A DNA stretch of 64,000 bases, taken from the NCBI GenBank assembly GCA_013115145.1, contig JAAPAO010000014.1:62001-126000 (forward strand), read 5' to 3'. Shown here in pieces: positions 37,800 to 50,399 of the stretch; positions within the stretch are counted from its first letter, which is position 1; every line of letters begins with the position of its first letter. The notes beneath the pieces were generated by a model. It was given only the letters and a program-made list of their open reading frames with translations. It was not told the origin of the DNA and did not search any database. The stretch comes from Perkinsus chesapeaki ATCC PRA-425 (Eukaryota > Protista > Perkinsozoa). A program made the position numbers and the translations under genes.

Positions 37800-39521
37800 G
37801 TGGCTTTGTTCAGCGTGGCTTATCAGTATTTCTGGGCTCGGTTGCTGGTCGCTGGCCTCGTCCTGTCGGAGTAGCTGCTGACGCTGTAGGTGATGGTGCG
37901 CCAAAGGGAGATCAGTATCGTAAACAGGAGAGCCAACTGCGGGGAAAGGATAAGGAAATGAAGGAGCGGTAGTTGTTACGTAGAAGGCTGGACGGCTGCA
38001 CATCGCGGTCCTTGTCGAAATGCAACTAGAGGAGGCAACGTCGAACATATCTGAGTTAGCCGAATTCTTACCTCAGGAGAGCCTAGCTCCAATAAGCTGT
38101 TGGCATTGCGCACATTACGCTGCTTCAATGGTGAGAACTCCAAACCATGTGTTCCAGCCTGAACTGGTGAACTGAGGATGCCGAGTCCCTTCCGGGGAGC
38201 TCCTAACCTGCATCAGCCGCCGTTTGCTTTCGACATCGTAAATGTCATATAGCCGATTACCGAGGAAAACCTGAAGGGTAAATCACACTGGAAGCGCGGT
38301 GCTATTATTCACTTTGATCTCAACAGGCCAGGTGTGAGTTTCTCTGCACAAGAGGGGCGAGCTCAACTCTAAGGAGAGATGATGGTCGTAGAGCATGTGC
38401 GCTTCCTTACCACCACGGATGGCAAATGGCTTCGGAGGGCTCCTGCAGGCGGAGATTACGCAGACGCATGCACCGATGGTGAGGAGCAGCCACCACCAGC
38501 CGGCACTGGAGTATCCTCCTCGTTGAGCTATCAGGATGATAACCTACAAAACGTGATTGCATCACCACCACCCCCGGGAAGCCGTGACGTGACGCACCAA
38601 TGCAACTGTGTAGGTTAGCACTGTTCCCGTGAAGGCAGCCGAGTTGAGCTTTGGAAGGGTGCCCTCACTAGAGAAGATACCAGCGGCAAGGACAGCAGAG
38701 AGAGTAAATATGTTACAGCCAATTACACAACCTGCATGCAGACATCAACATTGAGCCTCTCGACATGGGCCATAGCATCCTACCAAGGCCTAGAGTCGGT
38801 CGATGAAGGAGGATTGAAGATACGCTAGTGCAGAGCTCAGGGCTGACCGAGGCTGCTGACATGAGAAAAGCCCCGATAGGAGCCAACCAGCCAGAGTGAA
38901 GTCTTTTAGTGGTGGCCTGAGGATGTCTGGAGTACCTTGCCCTTGGCTGAGACGGGCTTACTCTACACGATGTTATCAGGTACTTGTCAGACACAACGCA
39001 CTGAGCTCTCATACAGTATCTGGATGAGAAGGTTGACAAGCTGGCGATTGCGAGGGAAGGGCCATTCTCACAGCAAAAGCATCCACCAAAGGCACATCCA
39101 CCAGCGTTCGCATTCACTGCCTACTTCTGTTACCATGGCGAAGGCAGGCTGATGGGAGGAGCGGTAAGCCGTGGAGCACTAAACTCAAGAGGCCTTCAAG
39201 TGAGAATATTCATATCCACAACAACAAGAGAAATGAGCGGAAATAGATGAGGTCGCAGAAGTGAGCAATAACACGGCCACGACCGCTGGGTACTTTCTAC
39301 CAAGAAGTACAACGACGAGGACACAGAAGGGCGGACATCCCTTTGAGGTGTATTATATTAGATTGAAAAGAAGGTATCATAAGAATCATCAGCTGCAGTC
39401 TTTTTTGCATGGAGCCTCGGTCAGAGCCGGAGGCAGATAGGCCGAGCCTTGAAGGACTGCGCCGAAGGTGATGACCGACGAACACGTTGACGGGGTACCA
39501 AGAGTATAGGAGACAATACAT
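37800..39521 (-). CDS. Predicted membrane protein, exon structure unresolved
   Basis: Hydrophobic spliced segments (VIILIAQRGGYSSAGWWWLLLTIGACVC; LALLFTILISLWRTITY) and VFLGNRLYDIYDVESKRRLMQ. Confidence 0.3.
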
Positions 39522-39553
39522 TGAAACTGTTATTATGTTGAATTAACGAACAC

Positions 39554-42500
39554 TTAGGACTGCCATATAGCAAACACAAGGTAGAGGACGTAGGTGGCGA
39601 TGAGGATGTAGCCGGCAGTACCTAAAGGGGACAGTGTCATTTACGAGGCCGGCAACGATAACTTTACGATCGAGGCTGAACTTCCCCTTGGCCACGAGAG
39701 CGAGCAGTACTAGTAGAGTGACGGCCATCGCAACCACGTTACCAAATATCCCTAAAGGAGGAAATGAGACAGGAAGGCCGATGGGGGGCACTTACCTTCT
39801 GAGCCAACAAAGAACGGGTGTGGTCTGGGGAGCATGGTCCTGATGGTCCACGGTAAAGCAAGAGCAATGAAAATGTTCTGAATGTTAGAGCCGAGGGCGT
39901 TGGCGATGGCCATGGAGGATCTGATAAGGTTTGTATGGCGAGGCAAAGAGGGAGCCATGTTACCTGCCGGCCTTAGCCATTATTATACTTGCATAGAAGT
40001 TGGGGAAGCTGGTGCCGACAGCGCACACTGTGACACCCATCAGGGCCGAGGAGATACCGAATGCATCGGTAATACGGTCAGAGGAGAAACACATAACGTA
40101 GGAGAATACCTGCCCCGAAAACTGCTGCTCCGAGATGCACGGCTGGGAGGGCTTACGGCCAGCCACGCCATGGAGAGGATGAATCCAGCGAGCCATCTGG
40201 ACTCTTTGCTGGGATCTCGGACATCACAGAAGCCCATTGTTAATGCTAATACGAAATGTATAGGGAAGCAAGCGATATTCATCAACTGAGGAGGACTAGA
40301 GGTAGTTACGAGGTCGCCGGTGCGATACGAGGCTACCTTCCTCAGCCACTCTCTGGTCGCAGACTTCTCCTTGTCTGTAGTGGTGAGCTGATGGCGCAGT
40401 CTGAGACAGGGGCGGTACAGCGAAGGCTACAGGGAGTACCAAGTACTTGTTAAGGCAAGGACGCCAGCCGCCCACGAACTGCCTTTCCTCCTCCTCCTTC
40501 ACAATTGTGTCGAGCTCACCAAGAAGCCTATCCTTCTCCTACAAAGCACTTAGCTACCAGTTGCTGCCCTCAACCTACTGTAGGTGACTCAGCGTCAATA
40601 ACAAAGGTAAGCAGACTGCCGTGGTTGTCCTCATCCTTCCAAGGCACATCCATCTCGACAAGTGTATCTCCTTCGCTCACGGAACGAAACTTCACAGGTG
40701 TCACCACACAGGTGCTGTCCGAGGCCTCTGATTGCCAATCCGGATGGCTCCTGAAGCCGCCATCTATTCCTTTCCCTGACGGCAACACCCACCTTAAAAA
40801 TGGTGGAGTCTGTGGCGTCAAGTGATGATAGTGCAAAGAAGAGCCATGCCCGACACTCGGTACTGTAGAGATGGGCTAACATTAACAACCCATACTGCAA
40901 CACAATCAATTGTCTCCCACCATCTGAGCGTCATTCCACTTCTCCGCTCTAGCCGGGGAGACCTCCGCAGCAGTGCTCGAAGACGTAGCAGTTGATGCTC
41001 GATGTAGGTGGAACACGACATTAGGCCCTATGACCTACACCACATTAGTCACGCGCCACAAAATAGGCCAAACCTACCTGAACATCCATAGGCAGCTCCT
41101 CTCCCTTCTCCTTGATGCCCCTAACTCGGCCATTACCATCCACCACCGCCTAAACGCGCACGATCCATCGACTACGGGCCAGGGCTTTATGGCAATAGTC
41201 CGGCAAGATAAGTTGAACTCCAACAGATTCACAAGAAATATGTATGTATCCAGGAATATATACAAGACCGTTGGAGATGGAGCGGTATAATTACATTTAT
41301 ACTAATTAATTCCGAATAGGAAGCGGAAAGGATAGAAAGTTGAGATTTCAAGTGTTATTCCCCATAAGTGTCCATTCCTCGCCACCAACACATCTACACG
41401 GCCACATACATGTATCCCAATACTCACCTTAACAGGGAAGGTTCTTCTAATAACACCATCCTCAACCTCTGAAGCATTCGAGTGGCCCGCCATACCCTCC
41501 TCTGCCTTCTCATCAAGCAAAGGCCTCTTCAACGAGTCTAAGCAACGACACTATAAAAGGGAATGAACTAGCAGCTCATACCAGCCATCCAATTCTCCAC
41601 CCAAGACGTCATCCTCCTAGTGTAGGCCACTACGAAGGCGAAGAGTGCCGCACAAGTAAGGAGGATCCATGCCTCCACTGGCGACACTTTCCCATCCCAC
41701 AGTGTGATAGTCAATAACACCTATATATACTGTCACGATATCGATCAACCGTTTCATTATTACTATAGAGAGGGCATAAAAGCTCACATCTCGAACGAAC
41801 GGTGTCTTCTGTAACCATAGCGGCAGCTTCGGTGCCACCAGTATAGAGCCACCAATGATGGCGAGAAGGTTGAATATCTCAGACCCGACTATAGTGCCTA
41901 TGAGGAAGTCCACACTTAAGGAAAACTTGCCGATCGCAAAGTTGGAAGGTTCGAACACGACTTTAAAGTAATGAAGGGCTGCAGGATTACCCCGATAACG
42001 ATTGCCAGCATTTTGCCGAGATACGATTCGGGTACCCCTCCGAAGCTAAGCCCTCACCCCCATCCAACGATAAGACAAGACACTCAACAAGCTGACCCCA
42101 GGTTAGGTATTACCTATGCCAACATCCGAATGCGTGACAAATATCGATATAAAGTTGGTGAATAGTTCAGGGCCATTGCATCCCAGAGCCATTAGTGTTG
42201 CACCAGCTACATCCTCTGGAATGTGATACCGTGCCACAACTACCTAATGAAGCACTATATACGATTGAGCGGTATAGACTGATACACGGGGTAATGCCTT
42301 AATCAACGCCAATGAAAATATATATATTGACATCACGTATATTGATATATATCTGATAAAACAGCACTCTGGAGAAGTAACGAGATGGACAAGCTAGGCG
42401 ACATACGTTGGTGAGAGAGGAAATTCCGGGAAAATTCCGGGAAAATTCCGGGGAAATTTCATAAATTTCAGTTGATCTTCATTGTTTCTAGCATTGAGTT

Positions 42501-42849
42501 GCATCCTAGAGAATGAAGGTGTTATTGAGGAAGGCGGTCAATAGCTTTGGGACACTACCTTAATGCTTTCGACAAAGTAATCATCACATATCGTCGCCTG
42601 GGCCTTGAACATATACCTAAGCTCATTTAGCGAAGCACGTCTACAGTAGCTGCCCTACGCTATTAGGAGCCACCACAACCAGGCAAACCATGGTATACCA
42701 GCACTACTAACTTCAGGGATCGCTATATGATCCTCTATCGGGGCAACACCTGCAATAAAACGACAGGTCGGATAGGAAGATGAATCTAAGGGATGCTCCA
42801 AAAGGGCTGCGAAGGACCCCTTCGGTACTATTCCAGACCATGTAGCCAT
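39554..42849 (-). CDS. CaCA-superfamily cation/Ca2+ exchanger, NCKX-like
   Basis: YMFKAQATICDDYFVESI; alpha-1 repeat IPEDVAGATLMALGCNGPELFT...GTIVGSEIFNLLAIIG; alpha-2 repeat GISSALMGVTVCAVGTSFPNFYAS...MAIANALGSNIQNIFIALALPW; C-terminal TM GYILIATYVLYLVFAIWQS. Confidence 0.88.
42419..42460 (+). repeat. Short tandem repeat of an ~11-nt unit (GGAAAATTCCG) x3-4 in an enlarged intron
   Basis: ggaaattccgggaaaattccgggaaaattccggggaaatttc lies inside the ~300-nt intron of the exchanger gene. Confidence 0.85.
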
Positions 42850-43410
42850 CGATTTCAATTTGGGGCGTCTATTTGCCAGCCGTAGCCGAACAGGTCAGTT
42901 GGACGGATAAAGAGATCAATGTTAGAAGTCATGTCATGTCATGTTAATAAGGTCGCCATGAGTGTAACAATAATGACCAGTATGATGATATTACCCCACT
43001 CATACTAAATAGCGCCTCGAGGCGCGAGACAACCTCAGACAGGCTCGTCGGGAAATGGAGAGCAATAACAACACTCAGTCATTTCCCAATCTATTTAACG
43101 ACATCATCATCTACGATCTGCGATACATTTCTGTCTCAGCTCATAACTAAGGTTTCAAGCCGCGAACTTCAAGCCCACCCGCACTGCCAGTCAAATACTA
43201 CCAGATCCCTCAGACAACACAGAAGCTTCTCCCCCTCCGATTGCCGCTAGAACCGGTAGCACGACGACCAGTAGCAGCAATGATCTCATTACTGACATTA
43301 TAAACCACAACTGAAACCCGCTGCCGATGTGATCAACTCAAATCCTCAAATAGCAAGATTAACGCGCCTTTTGAAACGGCCGCATAGGCCCTCCTGAACA
43401 GTGGTTCTGA

Positions 43411-45230
43411 TCACACTCCCGCGGCCACCACCCTATGGCCGGCCAGCAGCTCATTGATGTACTCGGTTCCTTGCTGCTCTCTGAACTCATTGAGCATATC
43501 TTCCCAAACCTTCTTAGCTTCCTCCTCTCCCCTTGGTGCACCGGCCAGATGGGGGTCTATGGCGTCATATGAACGAGTGCTGGCATTCCACAAACGGAGA
43601 GCGTTGACCTGAATAACATCAGCCTTAGGCCGGGAAACCTTTATAGCCCCAGAGCCTATACAGTAAGAAAAGGACAAACCCATAATGTACGATAATGCAT
43701 CCCATCATCCCAACCAGAACGTATCCCCGTCTAGATCACGCTATTAACTCCGATAGACAATTTACCCCCAAGTACATTCCCCCCTCCTCCAGTGCCAGCC
43801 GACACATGTCTTATCGGCTATGTAAGCCCAGGTGGCCCCCCCTTACTGGATGCGGCAAGTCGATGAGTTTCCCTGTATTCTCATCCTCCACACGATATTC
43901 ATTTATCAAGTGCTCAGGTGTCGGGAACATGTGCCTACCAAAGACCACTACACCACGCTACTCCTGCAGGCGCACTTGTCAAAAACATTAGTGACGAGCC
44001 CTAGTTGCAGTAACCGTCTGAATGCAGCCTCACAGGAGGGATGCTCCAGTTGCTCCTTCCATATCGCTGATGACAGACATACCGATAAAACAAGTTCTAT
44101 TATTAGTACCAAATTTCTTATCCCTAAACTGCAGTACAGGGTCCAAAGTAACCTGTGATTGCCTCCAGGTAAGATCATCTTTGAAGTTGTATTCCAAAAA
44201 TCTCGTGCAAGGCTCCTCAGAGTACCTATGGTTAATACACATCCTCTTCTATTAAACCCGACTAGGGCAACAATGTTCAGCTGCTCAAGAGGTATGTAAC
44301 AGCTTTGTTTCCTAAACCGTAGACCAACACCCCAAATTAAGATTAGGATTAAGATCGTCGTGATAATTAAGATGATCTTAATCCTAATCACATTGAAATT
44401 CTTAATACGCCTGCCATATATTTATTATCTAGTCTCGAACTTTATATATGCCAACGATAACGCTTTGCATCTCCCTAATACCACTCAAGTACCAGCCTAA
44501 CCCTGGTAGCATCACTAGTCTCCAAACTGATGCCTACTCTACGGCGGCATTATAACTTACATCACTTGACAAGTGCCCATAATAGGCTCCAGTGTCCCAC
44601 TGCCAGTGTTGATACAATCGTATCTGCATAACCGCAGATGGAGAGATCTCCCCCACTCGCCTTCCTTATTACTCAACAGTCTCGCCATCGCTCGTTTGGC
44701 ACGTCACGGCGATACCATCCCGCCCTTTGTCTCCCGGAGCGAACGTATTAATGTATCGCTGAAAGGATATTGGATATTAGTCGCAAAGTGATTCACCAAA
44801 TGAATCGATAACAGAGTTACAGAAGCCCTCAGCGACGCCCTTGGGAAATTGAGAAGAAGCAAGAACTGAGCACCAATATGCGCAAATGGTAGCAATGCCG
44901 TAAGGAAGATCCCTGGTATACATTACTAGAAGTGCAACTATAAAGGGAAGATGCTGCTAATGGCATAACCAACATGGGATACAATTGTGGTGAACTCAGT
45001 TCCGTGTCAAGGTTACTATATCTAGTACGAGAAAGAGCGTCGAATTTACCATTCGATACCGGATTTGACCTCGCCACCATAGGCGATTGATCCTATTATA
45101 TTACCTCGAGCCTCTCCTTATCCAAAGGGCTATCCATTAAATAGTATCCAGTTATTTTAACAGGATCACCGATATCATCAACAAGCTCAAGCTTACTAAC
45201 AGCCTCAGCTATACGCTCGCTACTACTCAT
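43411..45230 (-). CDS. Hypothetical globular protein (multi-exon), family not recognised
   Basis: Coherent spliced frames from MSSSERIAEAVSKLELVDDIGDP through NNRTCFIGMSVISDMEGATG and HMFPTPEHLINEY to EEAKKVWEDMLNEFREQQG. Confidence 0.55.
44341..44389. repeat. Perfect 16-bp inverted repeat with 17-nt spacer (hairpin) inside an ~80-nt intron
   Basis: GATTAGGATTAAGATC (44341-44356) is the exact reverse complement of GATCTTAATCCTAATC (44374-44389). Confidence 0.9.
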
Positions 45231-45457
45231 AATAAAACAACAACAACAACTTAAAGTTCTGTGATTGAAGAAGGACGGAAAGAAACCTTGAACGCTCACT
45301 ATGATCCAAGCTCTTATCTTCACCGTCTTCATAGGTGTACTTTCGTAGTAGTAATTCAATTATGCAACGAAACATGTAATGGATTAAAGGATAAGCAACA
45401 TCAGTAACAACGATGGTCATGACAGTGGTCATCACGCAAAGGGGTATCTGACTAACA

Positions 45458-47017
45458 CTAGCCCTCCCTCTTCGACGGAATCGCCCACCTGAATCGCTGC
45501 CGCGAGCGCTTTCTCCTTGAAAGTATCAACTCTAGAATCGAAGCCAGCTGTGGTGTGCAACTCATGACGAATTCCTCCTGTCTCAGCTGACAAGTAACCC
45601 TACTATTCTCCAAAGAACCGCCCTTGCCTACTAGCCCAGTCTGTCGTCCCCTATCCAAGAAGTCAAATAGGTGATGAGGACGCAACGTCCCCAATGGGAA
45701 AGCAACTTCCCCTTCATCTGGCACCCCTTCACCGTCCGTGTTTCGTGGGCTGGAAATCGGCGCTACGGTTGTGGCCACCAGCGATGACCAGTCCCGGTAC
45801 TCTTCACTAGAGCACACCACAACAGGTGTAGTAGATCTGATGGATTAATGCCACAGCAGTCGAGGCGGCCCTATGCCACTACCCGGTGACCTCTCCCTCA
45901 GCGAAGAAAGTCCTCATATCCGAGAGAGTAACAAAACCTTTGTTATCCTAAAGCGGCCGGGTCCTACATAACGCGTAAATGACCCGTACAACATCCATCT
46001 TCTTGAACGCTGTTCTAGCGGTAAAGGCAGAACCACTGAAGGTGTTCTTGGCCAACCGCAGCTCATGGCCCAAACGGACAGCTTCCTGCCCCTCTTGTTC
46101 TTCTAGTAGACCCAGACCAGACTGCAATATGGGGCAAGCCTGCTTGAATGCTCAATGTATTTAGTGTTGGATTATCTATCACATCAATGTACTCCATCTG
46201 ATGGTCTAAATCACATCCCAATCTTTCTAGCGCTGCAGCCATCAACCCTCTGGAAATGAAGGCTGTATGACACGACTACCTCGAGAGCATCACTATTACC
46301 CAACAGAGTCGTCTCCACTTTGTGAGATTTTATCTTCAACTTCAGCGGCCCACTCCCTTAAACACCGCGGTGTATCGGCCTCTGGTGACCCCAGTATGGA
46401 GAGTAGCGGTCCGGCACCAACAGCGCTACTTCTATAGAGCAGATTGATTTGTAATTCTGCTGATGTCCAAATGCTACCTCGCGACACCAGAGCCTCGACC
46501 TACGAAAGGCTTCTCATCGCCTAACTGCCGCTTCAGCATGGATATGAACTGACAAGGGTTAGGCAACTCGAAACGATATTATTCGGCCGGGTATGGTCAC
46601 CAGAACAATAAATCTTAGCGACTGTAGGGGTATGATACGATCGGTAGTACCTCCACCAAGTTTTTCTGGTGTACTAGACAATCATTAAGATATTTTATCC
46701 TCTCAGATAAGATGGACAACCTTTCCTCATCGGTGCCTACCAACCGAGATCACTAGCGCTGTCGAGAATCGGAGTAACGCACCCAGATCGACTGCATCTC
46801 CACCTGGCAGTACAGGGAGTATTAACGAGCTGCCGGACCGCGTATCGAGACAATACAGCGACCCCGGAGACGCTCTGAAGTTCAAAATGGGTCCGTAAGG
46901 TTGTGAAGATCACCTTCGACGATAGAGCCTTCGGTCTGGTACACAGAAGTCGCAGCCGAGCCGTTTAATAAAGTCTCTCGGATCTCCACCAACGTCTGTT
47001 ATATTGACATTACCCAT
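45458..47017 (-). CDS. EF-hand-containing protein with possible N-myristoylation
   Basis: Splicing joins AFKKMDV and DNKGFVTLSDMRTFF into a canonical EF loop (D-x-D-x-x-G). The predicted start is MGNVNITD (Gly2). Confidence 0.55.
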
Positions 47018-47112
47018 TGTATAACATGAAAAGATCCCTGACGCAACTTCAGCTAGTGTCGACAGACTACTTACATGAAATTCGGTTCGGAAGATAATTA
47101 AATGCATAATAA

Positions 47113-47185
47113 TGTTTCGAGCTGGAATCGAACCCGGAAGACGCGAGTGTGGCCCCTGAGGTTTAACGTGCTAAACTACGCATAT
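47113..47185 (-). pseudogene. Decayed tRNA-Val-like relic, 73 nt
   Basis: Minus strand ATATGCG-TAGTTTAG...GCCACACTCGCG...CCGGGTTCGATTCCAGCTCGAAACA. The A-box lies at tRNA position 8, the B-box is intact and the 3' end is Val-like (...GAAACA), but acceptor and T stems do not pair. Confidence 0.55.
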
Positions 47186-48189
47186 GACAATTCTCATGCT
47201 CACACTTTTTCTAAGCCGTGTTTGTGCGTGGCATATTCGACAACCTCTTACGTTGTCATGACTTACATGCCTCTCACACTCTTGCTCTTGAGAGTGCCAG
47301 AGGGCAAATGGGATACACTTTGCCGCTAGAGACGTGTTTGTTTGACTGGAGTTTATATCTCGGGATAGGCGCACTCGATGCAGAGCTTGTCTCATATCCG
47401 AATCGGATAGGAGGCAAGCTCGGATTAAATCGGATAATCCGATTTATGGGTGGCAAGTTGGCATAGCAATGTTGGCACCGCTAGCATTGCTAGTATTGGG
47501 CAGCCCAGTTTGTGCCATTGTTGCCATATTAGTTGTACGCAAACCCGCATTTTTGTTCCAGAGTATACTCGGCGCGTCCTACGCCACACGTACGCCGACC
47601 CCGCTTAAAATGATGAGCTCAGCTTGATGAAGGTTTCCACCGATATTGTCGAGTCACAGTTATATGCACTGGTGTAACACAACGCTTACGGATGTGGGGG
47701 AATAGCAGATAAGGCTGCTCTGCATCTCTAGGGAATGAATCGATCAGCTTGAGCACATGGCAACGCGTTCTGCGCACGCGTGCTCACCATGCTAGCCTAG
47801 CATGGTGTCCGATAGGCTGACCACAGTCATCCTCTGCAAGGGTTAACTCGCCGATAATCAGAGTCTGATTGAAATGGAGCTCAACTGGAACGTGTGTGAT
47901 CCCAAATCTAATCGTAAACACCGACACCAAGGCGTTCATACTTGGAGCCCCCTAGTATGAACGCCGGGATTCCCGGCCCGGGAACCAGGAGCTGAAAGTA
48001 GTACACCTACTTCAGTGCACAACCATGCCCTTAGTGTAACTCGCCGAGAAGGAAAACATCGGCAAAGATCGACTGTCTCCACAGTTTCACCAAGCTGTCT
48101 ATTGTCAGTAATAATGTGCATCGAGTAGCTTAGCAGAATTAAAAGGATCTCGTCAGAGATGGGTTTCACGCACAGGAGTAGGATCTCTT

Positions 48190-48665
48190 GAGACTAGCTG
48201 CATTCGCTTTTGGTTAACTCTACAGTGACAATAACAGTATAGGTATTAAACTCTCGCTCGGAAGCTGAACATAGAATGGATAGTCTAACTAAGCCAATTT
48301 CGACGTTGGACTATAAACTCACACACACGCACAGCGACATCCATTCGAACATAGAATGTGACAGCATTCTACTGTACAGCATTCTACTATACAAACTGTC
48401 AGACGGTACATGGTACATCGAGCAGAAAGGGTATGACTACCTCCCTAGGCTGGCATTCGATATCGCTAGTCCTAAGGCTAGTACAACGATACTCATCCCG
48501 CCTAGTCACTACACGGAAGATTGTGACGGTACTTGGTGTGCTCTTCTTCTACAACATGGTAACTCCCCCGAAACTATACTTGGTGTACGTTTTTTACAAC
48601 CTATTTTGCTTCGTTCACCAAGAAGGAGGGTGGTGATAGGACAGTCACCCTTGCCCCGTACATAA
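48190..48665 (+). pseudogene. Pepsin-like (A1) aspartic protease C-lobe fragment
   Basis: ILIPPSHYTEDCDGTWCALLLQHGNSPETILGVRFLQ matches the A1 C-terminal pattern (IPPxxY...C...ILGxxFL). No catalytic DTG motif or N-lobe was found nearby; upstream frames contain stops. Confidence 0.5.
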
Positions 48666-50399
48666 TGCACTAGGTACCTGTGCGTCAGTGAGAACTTGCG
48701 ACTTGATAGTCTTCATTTTGAGGTTATCTGTGCAAATAACACATGATAGTTGGGTGGTATTCTATTCGTCATGAATAGAGGCCGTCTCATTGACATTATT
48801 ATTGTCATTAGCAGTTAGCGAGGTAGTGTTGAGTTGGCCACGTAGTCGGGCCGACTAAGTTGGCTAGTACTGATATAGTATTATTAATGCTTATACATCG
48901 CGTTTAAAAATACACAACACACTGGCATGCGTCGAATAACGTTAGCCTATTCAGTCTGAGCAGCATGCATTGCCTACAGAGGAGCACGTAATCGCGCTTA
49001 TTTATCTGATGGGCTAGCATCCCAACCTCGTGTCTTTGTCAAACTGTCAATTTGCCCAAACAGTTGAACCCAGTCTCAAAGTGGGTGATGCTGAAATGCA
49101 GACGTGACTCGTCTTCACGGTATGCTGCGTACGGTATGCGTACCGGCGACCGGTAACTGATGCACCGGTGCACTGATGGTTGCAGCATACCGTACATAAA
49201 GGAACCAATGGCAGCTATGTCATATTCAATTTGTTCAGCTAACACTAGCCAAGAATCAGAGCGGAAGGTGAGATAAGACATGTTTCATGTCAGCTATGCT
49301 AGAATCACTTCTCTCTTATTCTCTATTGTATTTACATTGCCTCTATTTTAGGAACTAAGAGGAGCGGTTTGTGCAGCCCGTTGTGATCCTTTCTTTCATA
49401 AATGCCATGCCACCCCAGTTGGGCGTCCCGTGTGCATTAAAGGGTCATGCTTCATTGACTGCAGCCAAGCGGTAAGAGCCTTCCTTTATTGATTGTCACC
49501 ATCACTGACATATGATACAGGTCTTCTTTCTGCTCAGTTATGCCCCGATGAGGCAACGTGCTTCGATGTTGATGAGTCATCCTTGTGCTTATTCAAGTTT
49601 TAGTACAGTTTGCGGTTCATAATATCGGGGTTCATTTAAACTGGTTACGTAGACAGATACAATATAGTAGAGGTTCTTCGTGAAAGCCACACCAAAATCC
49701 CCCGTGAAGAGAGTTCAAGCCTTTCAACATCATTAGGTCTCGATGATCCCAGTCACTGAGGCGAGCCAGCCCCTGTCACTAAGTATTGACTTTTCTCATT
49801 AACTCTTTATGCTTGAGTTAGTTAATGACCATTGCGCTGCATCATCCTCCTATCACAAGTAATAGTGTTAAAGAAAGCTATCAAAAAACACAAGTGCTTG
49901 TTTTGTGAGCAGTGTGACAGGTAACCGGTCCTCTGCCCATGGGTTATTAATGAGGTTAACGAGCTAGATCATTCTTAGCATTAGGGATCGGATTCAGGCT
50001 AAGGCACTTAACACTGATCTCTCAAGCTGACGGCCTACTGATCTAGCGTTCCGGGCTGAGCCCGAGCGGGCATGCTGGGGAATAGGATGCATGTAAGGCC
50101 ACTTGGCTAAGTATTCAACTTCCATAAAGTGCCAGAAGTCGTACTAACGAGCTACAAGACACAATACTCAAGCAGCACCACGGTCGATGCTATCTAGTAT
50201 AACGCTCATCTAGGCCCAACTAACCCTAGTGTGTTGTTAGCCAAAGTGTCTAATTCATTCTTGCGCGTCATTATCACAAGTGTGCAACTGAGAGTTCTCC
50301 CGGAGAGCTCTTTGCGACGGAGAGGGTAATCACATCCACTAGGCTCAAGATCAGGATAACTCGGTTATATATTCACAACTGTTGTACTACAACACAACA

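Noticed and set aside
42419-42460. GGGAAATTCC-like repeats as NF-kB binding sites (also at 58261)
   Set aside because: Alveolates are not known to have Rel/NF-kB; a simple intronic tandem duplication explains it.
10765-47185. The three tRNA-like sequences as functional, permuted or split tRNA genes
   Set aside because: Acceptor and T stems do not pair, and no matching 5' halves (GTCAGGT, GCCGCTC, GTTTCGA starts with D-arm) were found downstream or nearby by eye.
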